DNA of 63,049 nt, counting the filler, from Globobulimina sp. (lineage: Eukaryota), in assembly GCA_003354225.1 (NCBI GenBank). It is 47 parts of 47 records of this genome, joined end to end, with 100 filler letters (N's around TTAATTAATTAA, not from the genome) between each part and the next. Parts side by side here need not be neighbours in the genome. Positions count along the whole stretch, not along the records: positions 48,382 to 49,624 come from PIVH01020255.1; positions 49,725 to 50,967 come from PIVH01020256.1; positions 51,068 to 52,310 come from PIVH01020257.1; positions 52,411 to 53,653 come from PIVH01020258.1; positions 53,754 to 54,996 come from PIVH01020259.1; positions 55,097 to 56,339 come from PIVH01020260.1; positions 56,440 to 57,681 come from PIVH01020261.1; positions 57,782 to 59,023 come from PIVH01020262.1; 39 more parts are not named here. One strand, given 5' to 3'. Below, one piece after another: positions 49,279 through 61,877 of this stretch. Made by a program: the position numbers and the translations under genes. Positions within the stretch are counted from its first letter, which is position 1. Each line of letters opens with the position of its first letter. The notes below the pieces were generated by a model, which saw nothing but the letters and a program-made list of their open reading frames with translations, searched no databases and was not told the DNA's origin.

Positions 49279-50623
49279 CGATGCTTTATTCCCAAAAATG
49301 ACCAGACAATTTTTTTTATCATCATAATAATAAAAATAATATATGCTTTCTGCTTTTTTGATTCAGTTTATGGGAAAAAATTGAAATACAAACATCCATC
49401 CATCTATCAATTCTCTCTATAATCCTACCATCCAACGAGACACAAACGATCGAAGACATCAAGCTGAAAGCAAAACTTTTGAGTCTTCTTAGCATCACAA
49501 ACAATGGATGCTAAGTCTCCGTACTATGGAAACTATGGATGGTACCTATGGCGGCGCAGCCGCCGTATTATCTTTCTTATGGTATTTCTGGCGGCGAAGC
49601 CGTATTTATTATCGTATCGATGGCNNNNNNNNNNNNNNNNNNNNNNNNNNNNNNNNNNNNNNNNNNNNTTAATTAATTAANNNNNNNNNNNNNNNNNNNN
49701 NNNNNNNNNNNNNNNNNNNNNNNNGAAATAATTCATACTGTTTCTCTGCGGGATATATATATATATACGTATATGCGTCGTCATACTTACTTACATAGTG
49801 AAGCAGTCAAATGTTAGTGAAAATGGAAAATTTAAATGTTGATTCATTAAATGAACTAAAAGCAAAAACTCTAATGAGATGGAAACGTTTTTTTACAAAC
49901 TGGTCCGAAACAAAATAACGGACTTTGGGAAATTATGCATTTCTCAGGAATGCATTATCATATCCTGCCATGCTATTAAATTAAATACATACATTTTTCC
50001 GGTTTGTTACAATATTTAAATATTAATTTAATGATCACATTTGACAATGATTGACACGCATATTAATAATAATTTTATTTGCTTATCTGCGTCTGTGACC
50101 GTTTCTTTTTTTCACAAAACATTCACAAACAATCATTCCGATCCAAATTAACATGGTGAATAACATTATTCTGTTTAAATGTATGTAAACCTGATCATAA
50201 TACAAATGATGATATATTGTGAGCATTGTCATCAGGCACAGAATCCGACAGATTTGAATGCATAAATATCTCAATATCACTTTAAAGGAAACATCTATCC
50301 AGAAATCCAAAATTCTTCGAATACAAAAATGGGGATCCTCTCTAAGAGCCGCTAAAAAACGGACGACAGCACTCTTAATAGAGTAGTTAGTACGCATGAT
50401 GTTTTTTGGTAGGTTTTTGAAGTTTTAAATTAAATCTGCCTCCTTTGCGAAATGTATTGGCGACAGGATAATCATTCAAATATCCGTGTTCTAATTGTGA
50501 CAACATATTTATAGCGAATTATGAAATTATGAATATTGGATGAGCAAGGAATGGTGATAATGCGTACTTTTCTTAGTGCGTATACTTCACTGAAGTGAAA
50601 ACTTAACAACTCTGGTTTTAATA

Positions 50624-50967
50624 ATGTTTCCACATTTAAGAAATCCGGGGAGATACAGTCAAAAATCATTGATATTTGGATATATTCGATTGAATTGCAA
50701 CCAACATATACCAGTTGACATCATACAAATATGTCACTTATTTTGTAATGAAATATTCAAATGGTCATTCGATATGGATAGGTTTCGAAATCAAAACAGC
50801 ATTTTATTCAAAGGCAACCAGTTTCATATCAGAGGCCATAAGTTTTTTTATCAAATAGAAGGTGACGAGGAAACCGATGATTATGACGAAAATGATTCAG
50901 ACAATAGTTATTTTTGCGTAGTTCCATCGACTGAAACATTATTAAATTTATCTCAATGTTTACTATA
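50624..50967 (+). CDS. Hypothetical protein with LIFGYIR..IPVDII motif, 3' partial
   Basis: Shares the N-terminal motif with the genes at 38275 and 46165. Confidence 0.6.
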
Positions 50968-51067
50968 NNNNNNNNNNNNNNNNNNNNNNNNNNNNNNNNN
51001 NNNNNNNNNNNTTAATTAATTAANNNNNNNNNNNNNNNNNNNNNNNNNNNNNNNNNNNNNNNNNNNN

Positions 51068-51622
51068 ATTAATATAAGGAGTCTTCTGTTTTATGAAATT
51101 TGACTCAAGGATATTTGATATTTCAAAAATCCCAATATTGGTGCCAATTAGTAGATTACCATTACTGGCTTCAGCAATACAAGTCATATTTCGTGGAACA
51201 ACAAAAGAATCATCAGGTGTATGCAAACCAACTTTCATAAATTGCCCATTGTGCGGATGAAAATAGTTCAGGGCATTGTCAGTTCCTATCCATAGCATAT
51301 TTCTGGAATCTTCGAAGACAAAGAAAACATCATTACTTGATAGCGAAAATTGATCTGAAGGATCCAACTCAAAAGAGTTAAATGTATATCCATCATACTT
51401 GAGAAGACCTCCATCTTTTGTTCCAACCCACATATATCCGTTGTGATCCTCAGTTAATGAGCTTATACGATAATGTGGTAAGTTGGCATTTTCACCAATG
51501 TTCTCAAAGTTGGGAAAGAAATATTTATTTGTAGGGTATAAATCTGTAACATCTATTACCTGTCCGAAAACCATGGTAATGGAAAGAAACTGAATAGCCA
51601 GTATTTTAAATAACCCTCTCAC
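51068..51622 (-). CDS. Bacterial two-component sensor, beta-propeller (Reg_prop) N-terminus
   Basis: Signal peptide; EDHNGYMWVGTKDGGLLKYDG, LSSNDV..EDSRNMLWIGT. Confidence 0.88.
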
Positions 51623-51721
51623 CTACTTAAGGCAAAAATAATATAATATGAATTGACCTTCGTGTAATGTGAAAATTTCACATAGCAATTTTTCACAAAC
51701 TGATGTTTGACGTGTTATTTA

Positions 51722-52310
51722 TTATGATTTTGTGTTTGCCACAGTACGTTTCAGCAATGTTGTATAAATTGGTTCATTACCCAATTGTGCTGTTACCACT
51801 GATGCAGTAACTGTTGTAATTATTAAAGGAAGGATAAGTTCATAATTTGATGTCATTTCAACGGCTAGTACCAATCCCGTTAGAGGGGCTCTTACCGTTG
51901 ATGCAAATATTCCAGCCATTCCTGCCACTGCATAAATACCAGGATGTGAAACAAGCCCTGGAAAATAGTGCTGAACAACACTTCCAAATAACATTCCGAA
52001 AACCACTCCAAGTGCTAGCATTGGTGCGAAAATACCACCGGGTACACCAATACCATAGCTTAGAATTGTTAGCAGGATTCTGCCAACAAATAGAATTAGC
52101 AATACATTTAAAGTATATGAATGATCAAGTACTTTGCCGATTGTATTGTACCCCCCTCCAATCATCTCAGGAAAAAATACTCCGATTATTGCTATTATTA
52201 CTCCTGCTGCAATAACACTAAATATCAGAGCAATTCTTGACAGATCCTTAAAGAAATCCAATGATACTACCAGTAGTTTATTAAAAAGATAACCCACTAA
52301 ACTAAATAAA
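51722..52310 (-). CDS. clcA: H+/Cl- exchange transporter, C-terminal part (bacterial)
   Basis: GVPGGIFAPML, VRAPLTG..EMT..LILP, PIY. Confidence 0.92.
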
Positions 52311-52768
52311 NNNNNNNNNNNNNNNNNNNNNNNNNNNNNNNNNNNNNNNNNNNNTTAATTAATTAANNNNNNNNNNNNNNNNNNNNNNNNNNNNNNNNNN
52401 NNNNNNNNNNTATCATTTTATTTTAATAATATATCTATTATATTAATAAGTTTCATTGGAGATTTAATTATTTTTTAAAAGAAAATGGGGGAAACATGGC
52501 CATGTTGGTTTTTAAAAAGTATATGGAAAGTTTATAAAGATATATACATATAACAGCTGTTTACCTGTTTTATTATTTATTTTTTATTATAAATCTCGCC
52601 CCTTTTTAAAGAGTCAATGTAATTGAAATAAGAATTGTAAATTCTAATTGAAATGAACACCCTCCAATTGTAATGTTCTCTGTGATTTTCTGGTTAGTTT
52701 TTAAGTTAAAAATCAAAACATTTAAAAAAACATTTAAACAATGGATTCTGAGTTGGCAAAGTAAATCA

Positions 52769-53221
52769 ATGTATTACAAGCCAACGCCAGATCCCACAAA
52801 AACCCCAACGCTGAAACCAACAAATAATCCATCAATCACACCTACCAAATATCCAACTATTGCTCCAACTCAGTATACAAAAACACCAACTATTGCTCCA
52901 ACAATGGTAACAATTGCTCCTACAACGCACAATCCAACGAGTGTTAATCCGACATTATCGCCCACGAGTTATCCCACTGCGATACCAACCATAAACCCAA
53001 CATCTGCCGACGCGATGGGAATATCAAAGGTGTTTAGTACGAATTTGGAAATAATATTATTTGGAGTGTTAGTAAGTGTTGTGATTGTTTTAGGAGTGTT
53101 GGTTGTGTATTTGTGTAAATTAAAAAAATCAGTTGCGTATAGAGAGGAAGAAAGGCCTATTTTGGAATTTGAACAAGCAAAAAAAAAGGAGAGAGTTCGA
53201 TATGTTGATGAAGGTCAATGA
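52769..53221 (+). CDS. PT-repeat mucin-like stalk plus TM helix (probably last exon)
   Basis: PTxx tetrapeptide repeats, then IILFGVLVSVVIVLGVLVVYL. Confidence 0.7.
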   Translation: MYYKPTPDPTKTPTLKPTNNPSITPTKYPTIAPTQYTKTPTIAPTMVTIAPTTHNPTSVNPTLSPTSYPTAIPTINPTSADAMGISKVFSTNLEIILFGVLVSVVIVLGVLVVYLCKLKKSVAYREEERPILEFEQAKKKERVRYVDEGQ

Positions 53222-53753
53222 AATCAAATTTATGTGTCAAAAATACACAGAAGGGTCGCCTTCGGCCACTGATGGCGACCCTTATTGAAAATTTATAAAT
53301 CCAAAAACAAAAACAAAAAAACAAAATACAACTTTTCGCAACAAAAAATGTTATTTCACAGTGATCACTATTGTGAAAAGTTGTATATTTATATAATACC
53401 CCTTTCGAATAAATGCGATCTCCGACACAGTGAAGTGAACATCCACAACATGATGTACCTAGTACCTAGTACCTAGTTCAAGGCTGCTGCATTTTCAAAT
53501 TCAGACTTATTATTACATTTTCAGGTTTTATAACAACAAGTTATTTATTTTGTATATATATATGAAATCTTAAAATATAATTTTTTTGTTTGAGAAAAGT
53601 TATTTTTTCTGTCATCTATAAAAATCATCAACGCCTTCATTTTTGTATTCATTNNNNNNNNNNNNNNNNNNNNNNNNNNNNNNNNNNNNNNNNNNNNTTA
53701 ATTAATTAANNNNNNNNNNNNNNNNNNNNNNNNNNNNNNNNNNNNNNNNNNNN

Positions 53754-54996
53754 GGATTTTATTGATCCAACTGTGCTTCCTCGCTGAAGTAAGGGAGATT
53801 AAGCCCGCATCTGTGAAGTGCGATTCTATTTATTTAGATTATATTTTGTTGGAGGGTCCACGCGGAATAAGTGACGCCAAAATATCAAGGAAAGCAGTGC
53901 CATTGTTATGGATATTATTTTATTTTACTCTCATCATATTGTATTTATTTCGAGTTGGAGGGATAAGCGGTTGCGCACCAGAACAAATTCAATGGGTTTT
54001 AGTGCAATGTGGTGTGTCTAATGAATTTTATGGCAGACATGGTAGTATGAATCATTTTAATTGACACACCGGAATTTGGTCGGATTGCTTAGTTATTTTG
54101 TAAATATATAAAAGTCAAATATTATTTTGCGAATTTGTGACATTGTTGAGTGATTTGTGATTTATGTGTTGTTTATTTTGTGTGTTTGGCGTGACTGTGA
54201 CTTAAGTAGTTTTTTGCTGATGTTTCATCAACAAAAAAACATTTCTTTACTCGCTCTTCATGTTTCAATGACAGAGTTTACTTTTTTTCTTTTTGTAACG
54301 GGAGTGTGCATTGCAGGAGGTGCTTATTTTGCATTACCCTGGCCTCGCTCTGTTATTATTATTATATTAATTAAATCGATTTTATTCATCAACATCTCAA
54401 CGGATTCCCAAAAATCCAAATACCTCTTTAGTAGGTTTAGCAACGAAATTCATCAAATCAACACTATAATTTCGCTATATTTTATTTATAATTTAATTAT
54501 TAGTCCTTTATGGATACAATGTGTATGGTTTGGACCAACCGATATGGGGTACGCATCAGTGGGTTGTTCTCAATCGACGTGGAGTATGTTAGTACCGCAT
54601 CTCTTTGATATTTTATTACTATCATTGAGCTATGAGTCTGTTATGGCATCGGTCGACATTAGAAACAACATTTTATGGTTTGTTTTAGTTTTTGAGCTGC
54701 CGCATGTTTTTGTTTGTCTTTGTGGTGGTAGCGGTATTCCGGGAGCGTTGAACATATTTTATTATTGGTTTTACATATTTTATTATTGGTATTATTGGAT
54801 TATTAATCAATTTTATTTTGTACATGTCATGGATTATATATTTTTAGCATTATTTGTACGGTGGATAACTCACAGAAGGATTTTATTGATCCAACTGTGC
54901 TTCCTCGCTGAAGTAAGGGAGATTAAGCCCGCATCTGTGAAGTGCGATTCTATTTATTTAGATTATATTTTGTTGGAGGGTCCACGCGGAATAAGT
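53754..54996. repeat. Contig with exact 119-nt terminal direct repeat: circular or tandem unit of 1124 nt
   Basis: 53754-53872 is identical to 54878-54996. Confidence 0.95.
54157..54996 (+). CDS. Hydrophobic multi-TM ORF continuing across the junction to the stop at 54064
   Basis: End of ORF 54157 (IQLCFLAEVRE..GPRGIS) equals start of ORF 53762..54064. Confidence 0.55.
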
Positions 54997-55097
54997 NNNN
55001 NNNNNNNNNNNNNNNNNNNNNNNNNNNNNNNNNNNNNNNNTTAATTAATTAANNNNNNNNNNNNNNNNNNNNNNNNNNNNNNNNNNNNNNNNNNNNA

Positions 55098-55975
55098 ATT
55101 GCAGAGAAACAGCGTGAATGGGATTGTTCCATTATTTTAGGCTCATTGTATGGTGGCACACCAAATGGATTTGTACCAACTGCAACAACTATGTATCCAC
55201 CCACAAATGCAGATATTTTAAACTCTGCAGCGCAGACTGTCAATTACTTTAAAACCGCATTCCCTTTGAATGTCGAAAATGATCAAGCTGGGGTTCCAGG
55301 TATTTATTTTATAGCTGTTTGTGGCATATGTTTGAACATAGAATAATATATATTTTTGTAGGTACTTTACTTGGACGGTATAAAGACGACAGATATCAGG
55401 GATGTGACTCAAACGGCGGCAGCAAAGGCCATGTTTGGATTTTGTGCAGCAATGCTTTGGCTGAATTATATTATAGAAACAGTAATTATTATTATAAACA
55501 GCGAGGAAACGCAAAGGATATATTATCTGTGCGATTATTAAAAATAATATCGGAAATTGTTGAGAAAGATCTACCGAATGCTGCGCAATATTTGAGGCAA
55601 TATATTGATGTTTTTGATAGTTTGGATGCGGAGACATTGACAGAAATAGCGACAAAGATTAGTGGTATATTTGCGTCGGAAGGGGATGGTCAGTTATTGA
55701 GAGTGGCTAAGTATGTGATTCCGTGTAAGGACCATATGAGCGAACAGATTTGCGAACAGATTGAAAGTAATGGTGGTGGACAGGAGATTGGCGCATACGA
55801 TTTAACCTGGTCGTATGGCACTGTTTTGTCGGCTATGTATTATCGGAATGTTGGACTGGATTTAGGGGTCAAACAATGGGATATTACTATTAATGATAGG
55901 ATTGATAGAGTTGGTTTATTTGGATTGCAAGAGGATTGTGATGCGAATATTTGTAGTGGACAATGTAAAGACTAA
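55098..55975 (+). CDS. Glucoamylase (GH15), 5' partial, intron 55300-55361
   Basis: GRYKDDRYQG..WILC..ALAELYY..MSEQI..AYDLTWSY. Confidence 0.92.
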
Positions 55976-56439
55976 TCTAATCAGACGACAGCGTTGATAA
56001 ACTTGATAATAACTTATAAGACCTTTTTTTACCGTACATGTATTTATATTTTATATCATGTAAATCTATTTCTTTTCAAATATTCATCAAAAAAAACACA
56101 TTCATTTTTTCCCATTTTTTAGAAACAAAAAAACCGACAGATTTGCTTATCATTTATTTGAAGTGGTGTTTGAATTCACTTGAAATTGTATTTCCGTTTG
56201 TCTTTGATCTTTCTGAGTTGGTTTTTCCTCTTCAATATCGAAGAAATCTTCTGCCATTTTTTCAACATTCAAATCATAACCACGACGAATATACGTGGTA
56301 ACAAAAAATGATGTGATTATATGCGTTGTTATACTGATCNNNNNNNNNNNNNNNNNNNNNNNNNNNNNNNNNNNNNNNNNNNNTTAATTAATTAANNNNN
56401 NNNNNNNNNNNNNNNNNNNNNNNNNNNNNNNNNNNNNNN

Positions 56440-57681
56440 CCACAACATCAAAACATTTCGTACAGATAAATTTATTGCAATTCTCACAGCATATTACGAG
56501 TGATTCGAATCCGTATATTGAAATATAATCAAATCCACATTCATCGCACATTTCATTCCGTATAATGCAAACATAGCAAACTGTTTCATCTCAGATTGAG
56601 TTTCCTTTTATTTCTCGACGGCAACAACCATTGGACACATAGCTATAGCATGATCCCAAAATTCTATTATTATTACATTCTCCACAAAAAAATCTTCGAT
56701 ATTCACCACATATTGCTTCAAAATATTGTGCATTTATCATAATTTGCTGTTTACTTAATTCATCCATATTTATTTTAATTTTATATTGATAAATTTTATT
56801 GCGAATTCTCTCGATATTGATTTCCATTTCACATTTGCTACAAATTAATTGTCCATAAATACCACATTTTGAACAAAATAATATTTTCTGACATATTTTG
56901 CATTGAATAGGTATTCATATTTGATTTCCATTCATACTCTCTGATATATCAAATTTTGTTGTTGCTCTCCGATGACAAAAAGTGCAACAAATATGATTTA
57001 AACAATATTTTGTTGCATCAAGATTTGAACATAGCTCACAATAAAAGAAAGCACGCAAATATTTCCCATGACAGTCGGCACAAATAAATCGATAGTAATT
57101 TCCATAGATTTTTTTCATTGATATATTCACATTCTATTTTATAAACAATTGGTCCGATTGGAAAATCAGAATTGCGTTTATAGCGTCGACGCCGTTTGCA
57201 ATGTAGCATTGATAATAAATCAAACTTTGTAGCAATAAATATTTCATTTGTACACGGCAAAAATTCTTTGATTTCATGAAATTGCATCAATGGTTGATCT
57301 CTTTCACAGTGATTGGTTTGGCATTGCACACTAACTCCAAATGAATATTTAGCAATTAATTCTGAAATAAATTGAGATTTTATAATTTCTTCAGCAAAAT
57401 TACTTTGTTTTATTGCTTGCAGAACAGACGTTGTTTCATTTTGAATGTGACATTTTTTACACATTGTATTAACATCACACTGTTTACATAAATGAATCTC
57501 ATATTTTGTGCATGTCGCAATATGAAAGTTTGCATCAGCCACAAATTAGATGATTGCCACAAAATGCTTTTATATCATAATTTGAACAGCAACACACATT
57601 CGAACAATGTCGCAGTTTGTTTTGGCGCAGACATTCATTTCATCACAAAATATCCGCATCTCACCAATTTCATCCTTTTCC
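56440..57681 (-). pseudogene. Cys-rich (CxxC) hypothetical gene, fragmented
   Basis: Several short Cys-rich ORFs in different frames. Confidence 0.4.
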
Positions 57682-58513
57682 NNNNNNNNNNNNNNNNNNN
57701 NNNNNNNNNNNNNNNNNNNNNNNNNTTAATTAATTAANNNNNNNNNNNNNNNNNNNNNNNNNNNNNNNNNNNNNNNNNNNNAAAATATCAACTATTCGTG
57801 CTCTAAAACAGCAATTTAGATTAAAATATGATAATGAATGTCAACATTCGCCTTTTTTGATCTCATAACAGTAGTTATAGCCTAGGGCCGCAAAGTGTAA
57901 ATTGTAAACAAAGATCTATCAATCCAATTGTCTCTAATTTATGATTTTAACTAATTTCACTTTTGGTATGATCCAAAACTTATTTTTGCTCAATCTGTTA
58001 TAATTTCAACTTTTCCTAAACTCAAACGTCTATCGAAAAGTTATTTTGCTCAACTGCCTACTAAAAAGTTATTGGCAGTCTACCGAAAAGTCATTTTGCT
58101 CAACTGTCTATGGAAAGTTATTTTTTGCTCAACCTGCTACGGTTCGGAGAACACACTATTATTATTCTACCTGTCACCACCTGTGTATGTTTATTTTCCG
58201 GTTTTATTCTTTCAATCAAATAAAATTACACATAGAACCCGAAAATCAAAGTAATATGTACTATACAATGACAACAGTTGATGAACCTTACTCCAGTGGT
58301 GCATAAACAATGATGAAGTGATCAACTATTGTATCAACTTTTCTCTATTTCACTGAATACTTTTGTCACAATCCAAATCAAAAAAATTTTTGTGACCACA
58401 CTATGTTTCCCGTTTTGAATAACTGATCCATAGATTGCAGTTAGACTTCTCAAAAATATTATCTTTTCACATTCTCTCTCTCTCTTTACCTCTCAATTCT
58501 GCTTGATGTCGGC

Positions 58514-58668
58514 CGGTCGGGGGAATTGTTCCCCCGACCGCCCATATTTTAACTTTTCACTCAAACCCCACACAGCGGCGAGGTCCTACGGACCTCGGCC
58601 GCTGTGTGGGGCCAACCCAACCCCTCCCCTCCCCTCCCCACCCAAGGGGGGTGGGGAGGGGGGAGGGG
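58514..58668. other. GC-rich cluster of three hairpins
   Basis: Stems at 58514-58540, 58566-58611 and 58621-58668. Confidence 0.85.
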
Positions 58669-59123
58669 CACGCGGGGCTGCATGCTCACTGCCGAAGGGG
58701 CATTCCCCCAGTTTTCACGATCAGAGAAAAACACGGAAAGGGTGTGTAGAAAGTTGGTTTTTACTGAACCTATAAATAAGTGGAACAAGTTGGAATATTT
58801 ATCAGTCTAACCATGTTGTTCTCCGATTTTGTGATAGGTTGCTCTGTCTGGACTGCAGCAACTAGAACTCTAGAAATTCACATATGTCAGGATTGTAAAA
58901 GACAAGTTGTATTTGTTTGGGGTGGTATTTATAAGTGTCCAATCTGTTGGCATGTCTTTGGTGATGGTCATTCGATGGCTATGCCGGACATTCATCATGG
59001 TTATGGTTTTGCTATTGGTGGTGNNNNNNNNNNNNNNNNNNNNNNNNNNNNNNNNNNNNNNNNNNNNTTAATTAATTAANNNNNNNNNNNNNNNNNNNNN
59101 NNNNNNNNNNNNNNNNNNNNNNN

Positions 59124-60365
59124 ACAACCGAAACAGAAGAAAAAAATAATCAAATACAATACGAAGATGCAAATGATGCAATATTACATTCGTCCGCAAT
59201 GTTTGATGCAGTGAAAATAATGGAGAGAGCGACAGTTTTAAATGCAAATTCCGAGAGTTATTCAGAATTTCGGTATTATTCCGATTCAGATTACAAACGA
59301 GGGTCATTTGTGAAACATTTATGGTCTTTTGAATATTCATCAGCTAATCAAATGATAACTTGTTTAGAATGGAATGCGGTCCATTTAGATTTGTTTGGTG
59401 CAGGATATGGTTCGTATAATTTTAATGAACAAAGCACAGGAATGATTTGTATATATTCATTAAAATCAACCGCCTATCCGGAGAAAATAATCTCTTGTGA
59501 GTCTGGTGTTATGTGCATGTCATTTCATCCAAAATATTCATCTTTGATTTGTGTTGGTTTGTATGACGGCTCTGTCGCAGTTTATGATATACGACATCGG
59601 GATTATGATTCCCCAATTTATTCGTCAAAAAACCCAGAAACGCATCATTTTGATCCAGTATGGGCTATTAAGTGGTATAGTGATCCATTGCAACACGAGT
59701 TGATATTTTATTCCATTTCATCCGATTCTGAAATAAAAATATGGAAAATGTCACAGAATGAATTAACGCATGAAACATTAATAAAATTAACCACTCCGAA
59801 AATTACTATTAATGATGGCGAGGAGGAAGAAGTTGATGAGAAGGTGATGGAGGATGAAGATGATGATATGTTGGCATTGTGTTCGTGTTTTGATTTTAAT
59901 CCATTTATGGAGCATTTGTATTTAGTTGGTACAGAGGATGGGCATATTATGGAATGTAACAAGACGTATAATGATGGATTTACACGCTTGTACAGCCATG
60001 CACATTATATGAATGTATATTGTATCAAATGGAATCTATTTCATGACAAAATATTTTTAAGTTGTTCGCAAGATTGGACAATAAAATTATGGGAAATAAA
60101 TAATAAAAAAGACTCACAAAAGCAAGAAGCAATAATTACATATGATTTAGGTAGCGGCATAAATGACATTGCTTGGGCACCATTCTCGTCTACAATATTT
60201 GCAGCAGTTACGTGTGATGGTCGTGTACATATTTTTGATTTAATGCAAAATAAAAATGCGCCACTTTGCACACAACAAATTACCAAAAAATCAAAAAATA
60301 TTAAATTAACAAAAGTCTCATTTCCTATTGGATTTCCATTGATTATTGTTGGTGATGAAAAGGGT
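59124..60365 (+). CDS. DNAI1: Axonemal dynein intermediate chain (WD40), partial
   Basis: DLFGAGYGSYNF..IYSLK..YPE; GVMCMSFHP; VGLYDG; HFDPVW; VGTEDG; FLSCSQDWT. Confidence 0.88.
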
Positions 60366-60465
60366 NNNNNNNNNNNNNNNNNNNNNNNNNNNNNNNNNNN
60401 NNNNNNNNNTTAATTAATTAANNNNNNNNNNNNNNNNNNNNNNNNNNNNNNNNNNNNNNNNNNNN

Positions 60466-61490
60466 AAAAAGGTCAAGTAGAATCCCTACTCTAAAATTCC
60501 ACCACCTAACCACAGCAGAACTGACAGCCCATTCATTGAACACATACAAACACATATTGATTGAATGCATGACAACACCCAACTGAAACAAAACCACTAC
60601 AAACACCATGCACGAAAGTCGAAATTCAGCTTTGTTGAACATCTTTTTTGCGAATCCCTTTTGTTGATGATTTCTGGTCGGTGCCGTTTTCGCCATCATT
60701 TTAGAATGCTGGTACGTTTTGTAAAACATGCAACCATACAGAAACAACAAAAAAATAGAACATACGCCACCTCCAAAACCCAAAACTGTTCCATAATATC
60801 GCATGAAACCCGGAAAATCATCCATTGTCACTATGAAACCAATGTTATTGTTATCGGCGTTTGGCAGCAAATCAAAGTTGATAGAATACAATGGGATAAT
60901 CATGAACCATGGAACCACCCACTGTGCGATCAAACATAATGTAATCGTTTTTGATGACCAAATTTCCTAAAAACAAACGACTACAGCTTTTAAAAACATG
61001 GACTTTGTGGAAAGTTAGTTGGCGAAATGGTACTCTGGTCATGTTTTCCCATGTGTACCCGATGAACTACCATCTCAAAACATATGCTGAGTGACTGTTT
61101 CTACAGCAATAAACGACAGAAACTTACATTGTGACGATTGTTGGACTTAGTAAGTGCCGTGTATCTGTTGATTGAGATGAGCAAAATACCCAATGACTCT
61201 GAATGAAGGACTGGATGTTCTGTGACCAACATTAACCAACCACAGAGTGGCTTGTCTAGAGCGACCAGATAACTAAAATAACCCCAGGACACCATGCGAT
61301 AGTAAACTTGAAACAAAATCAAATGAATCAAGTCAGCGGCCCCTAAACTCAGGCAAAGAGTCCAAAATGAACCATTGAACAGAGTTTTCTTGTATCGAAT
61401 GATTGTGATCAAGACCATGAAATACAGGGGTACCGATACACACCAAAATACTTGCCATATATATTCACCTATGCAAATGTAATCACACAT
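60466..61490 (-). CDS. Nematode-type serpentine chemoreceptor (Srv/Srg-like 7TM), intron 60967-61127
   Basis: SVPLYFMVL..FNGSFW.L..LGAAD; ISINRYTAL; spliced HN|EIWS..QWVVP; AEFRL. Confidence 0.75.
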
Positions 61491-61877
61491 TTTGAACAAG
61501 CCAATAGTCACGTTTATGATCACAAGACGTCGAATATTAGATAAGTTAGTTAATTAATTCCGGTTGCCTATTTCAAAAGATATCCTAATGGAAAATAGAA
61601 CAAAGAGTGCTTTCTAATCTATCAATAATACTAGAAGCATACGAAGGAAAGGAAGGAATGTTCTTAACTTGTTCTAGGTTTACATGTTACGCAAACATTT
61701 TAATCTGNNNNNNNNNNNNNNNNNNNNNNNNNNNNNNNNNNNNNNNNNNNNTTAATTAATTAANNNNNNNNNNNNNNNNNNNNNNNNNNNNNNNNNNNNN
61801 NNNNNNNTTTATAAAACAACAAAGTTTTGTCAGTTGAGTGGTAAGAATCAAAATTATTGACTTGTTCAAAGTAGTCA

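Noticed and set aside
1246-61807. Regularly spaced TTAATTAATTAA repeats with unique intervening DNA (array-like)
   Set aside because: Artificial linker embedded in N runs; the ORF tails of X, LIN or N are artefacts.
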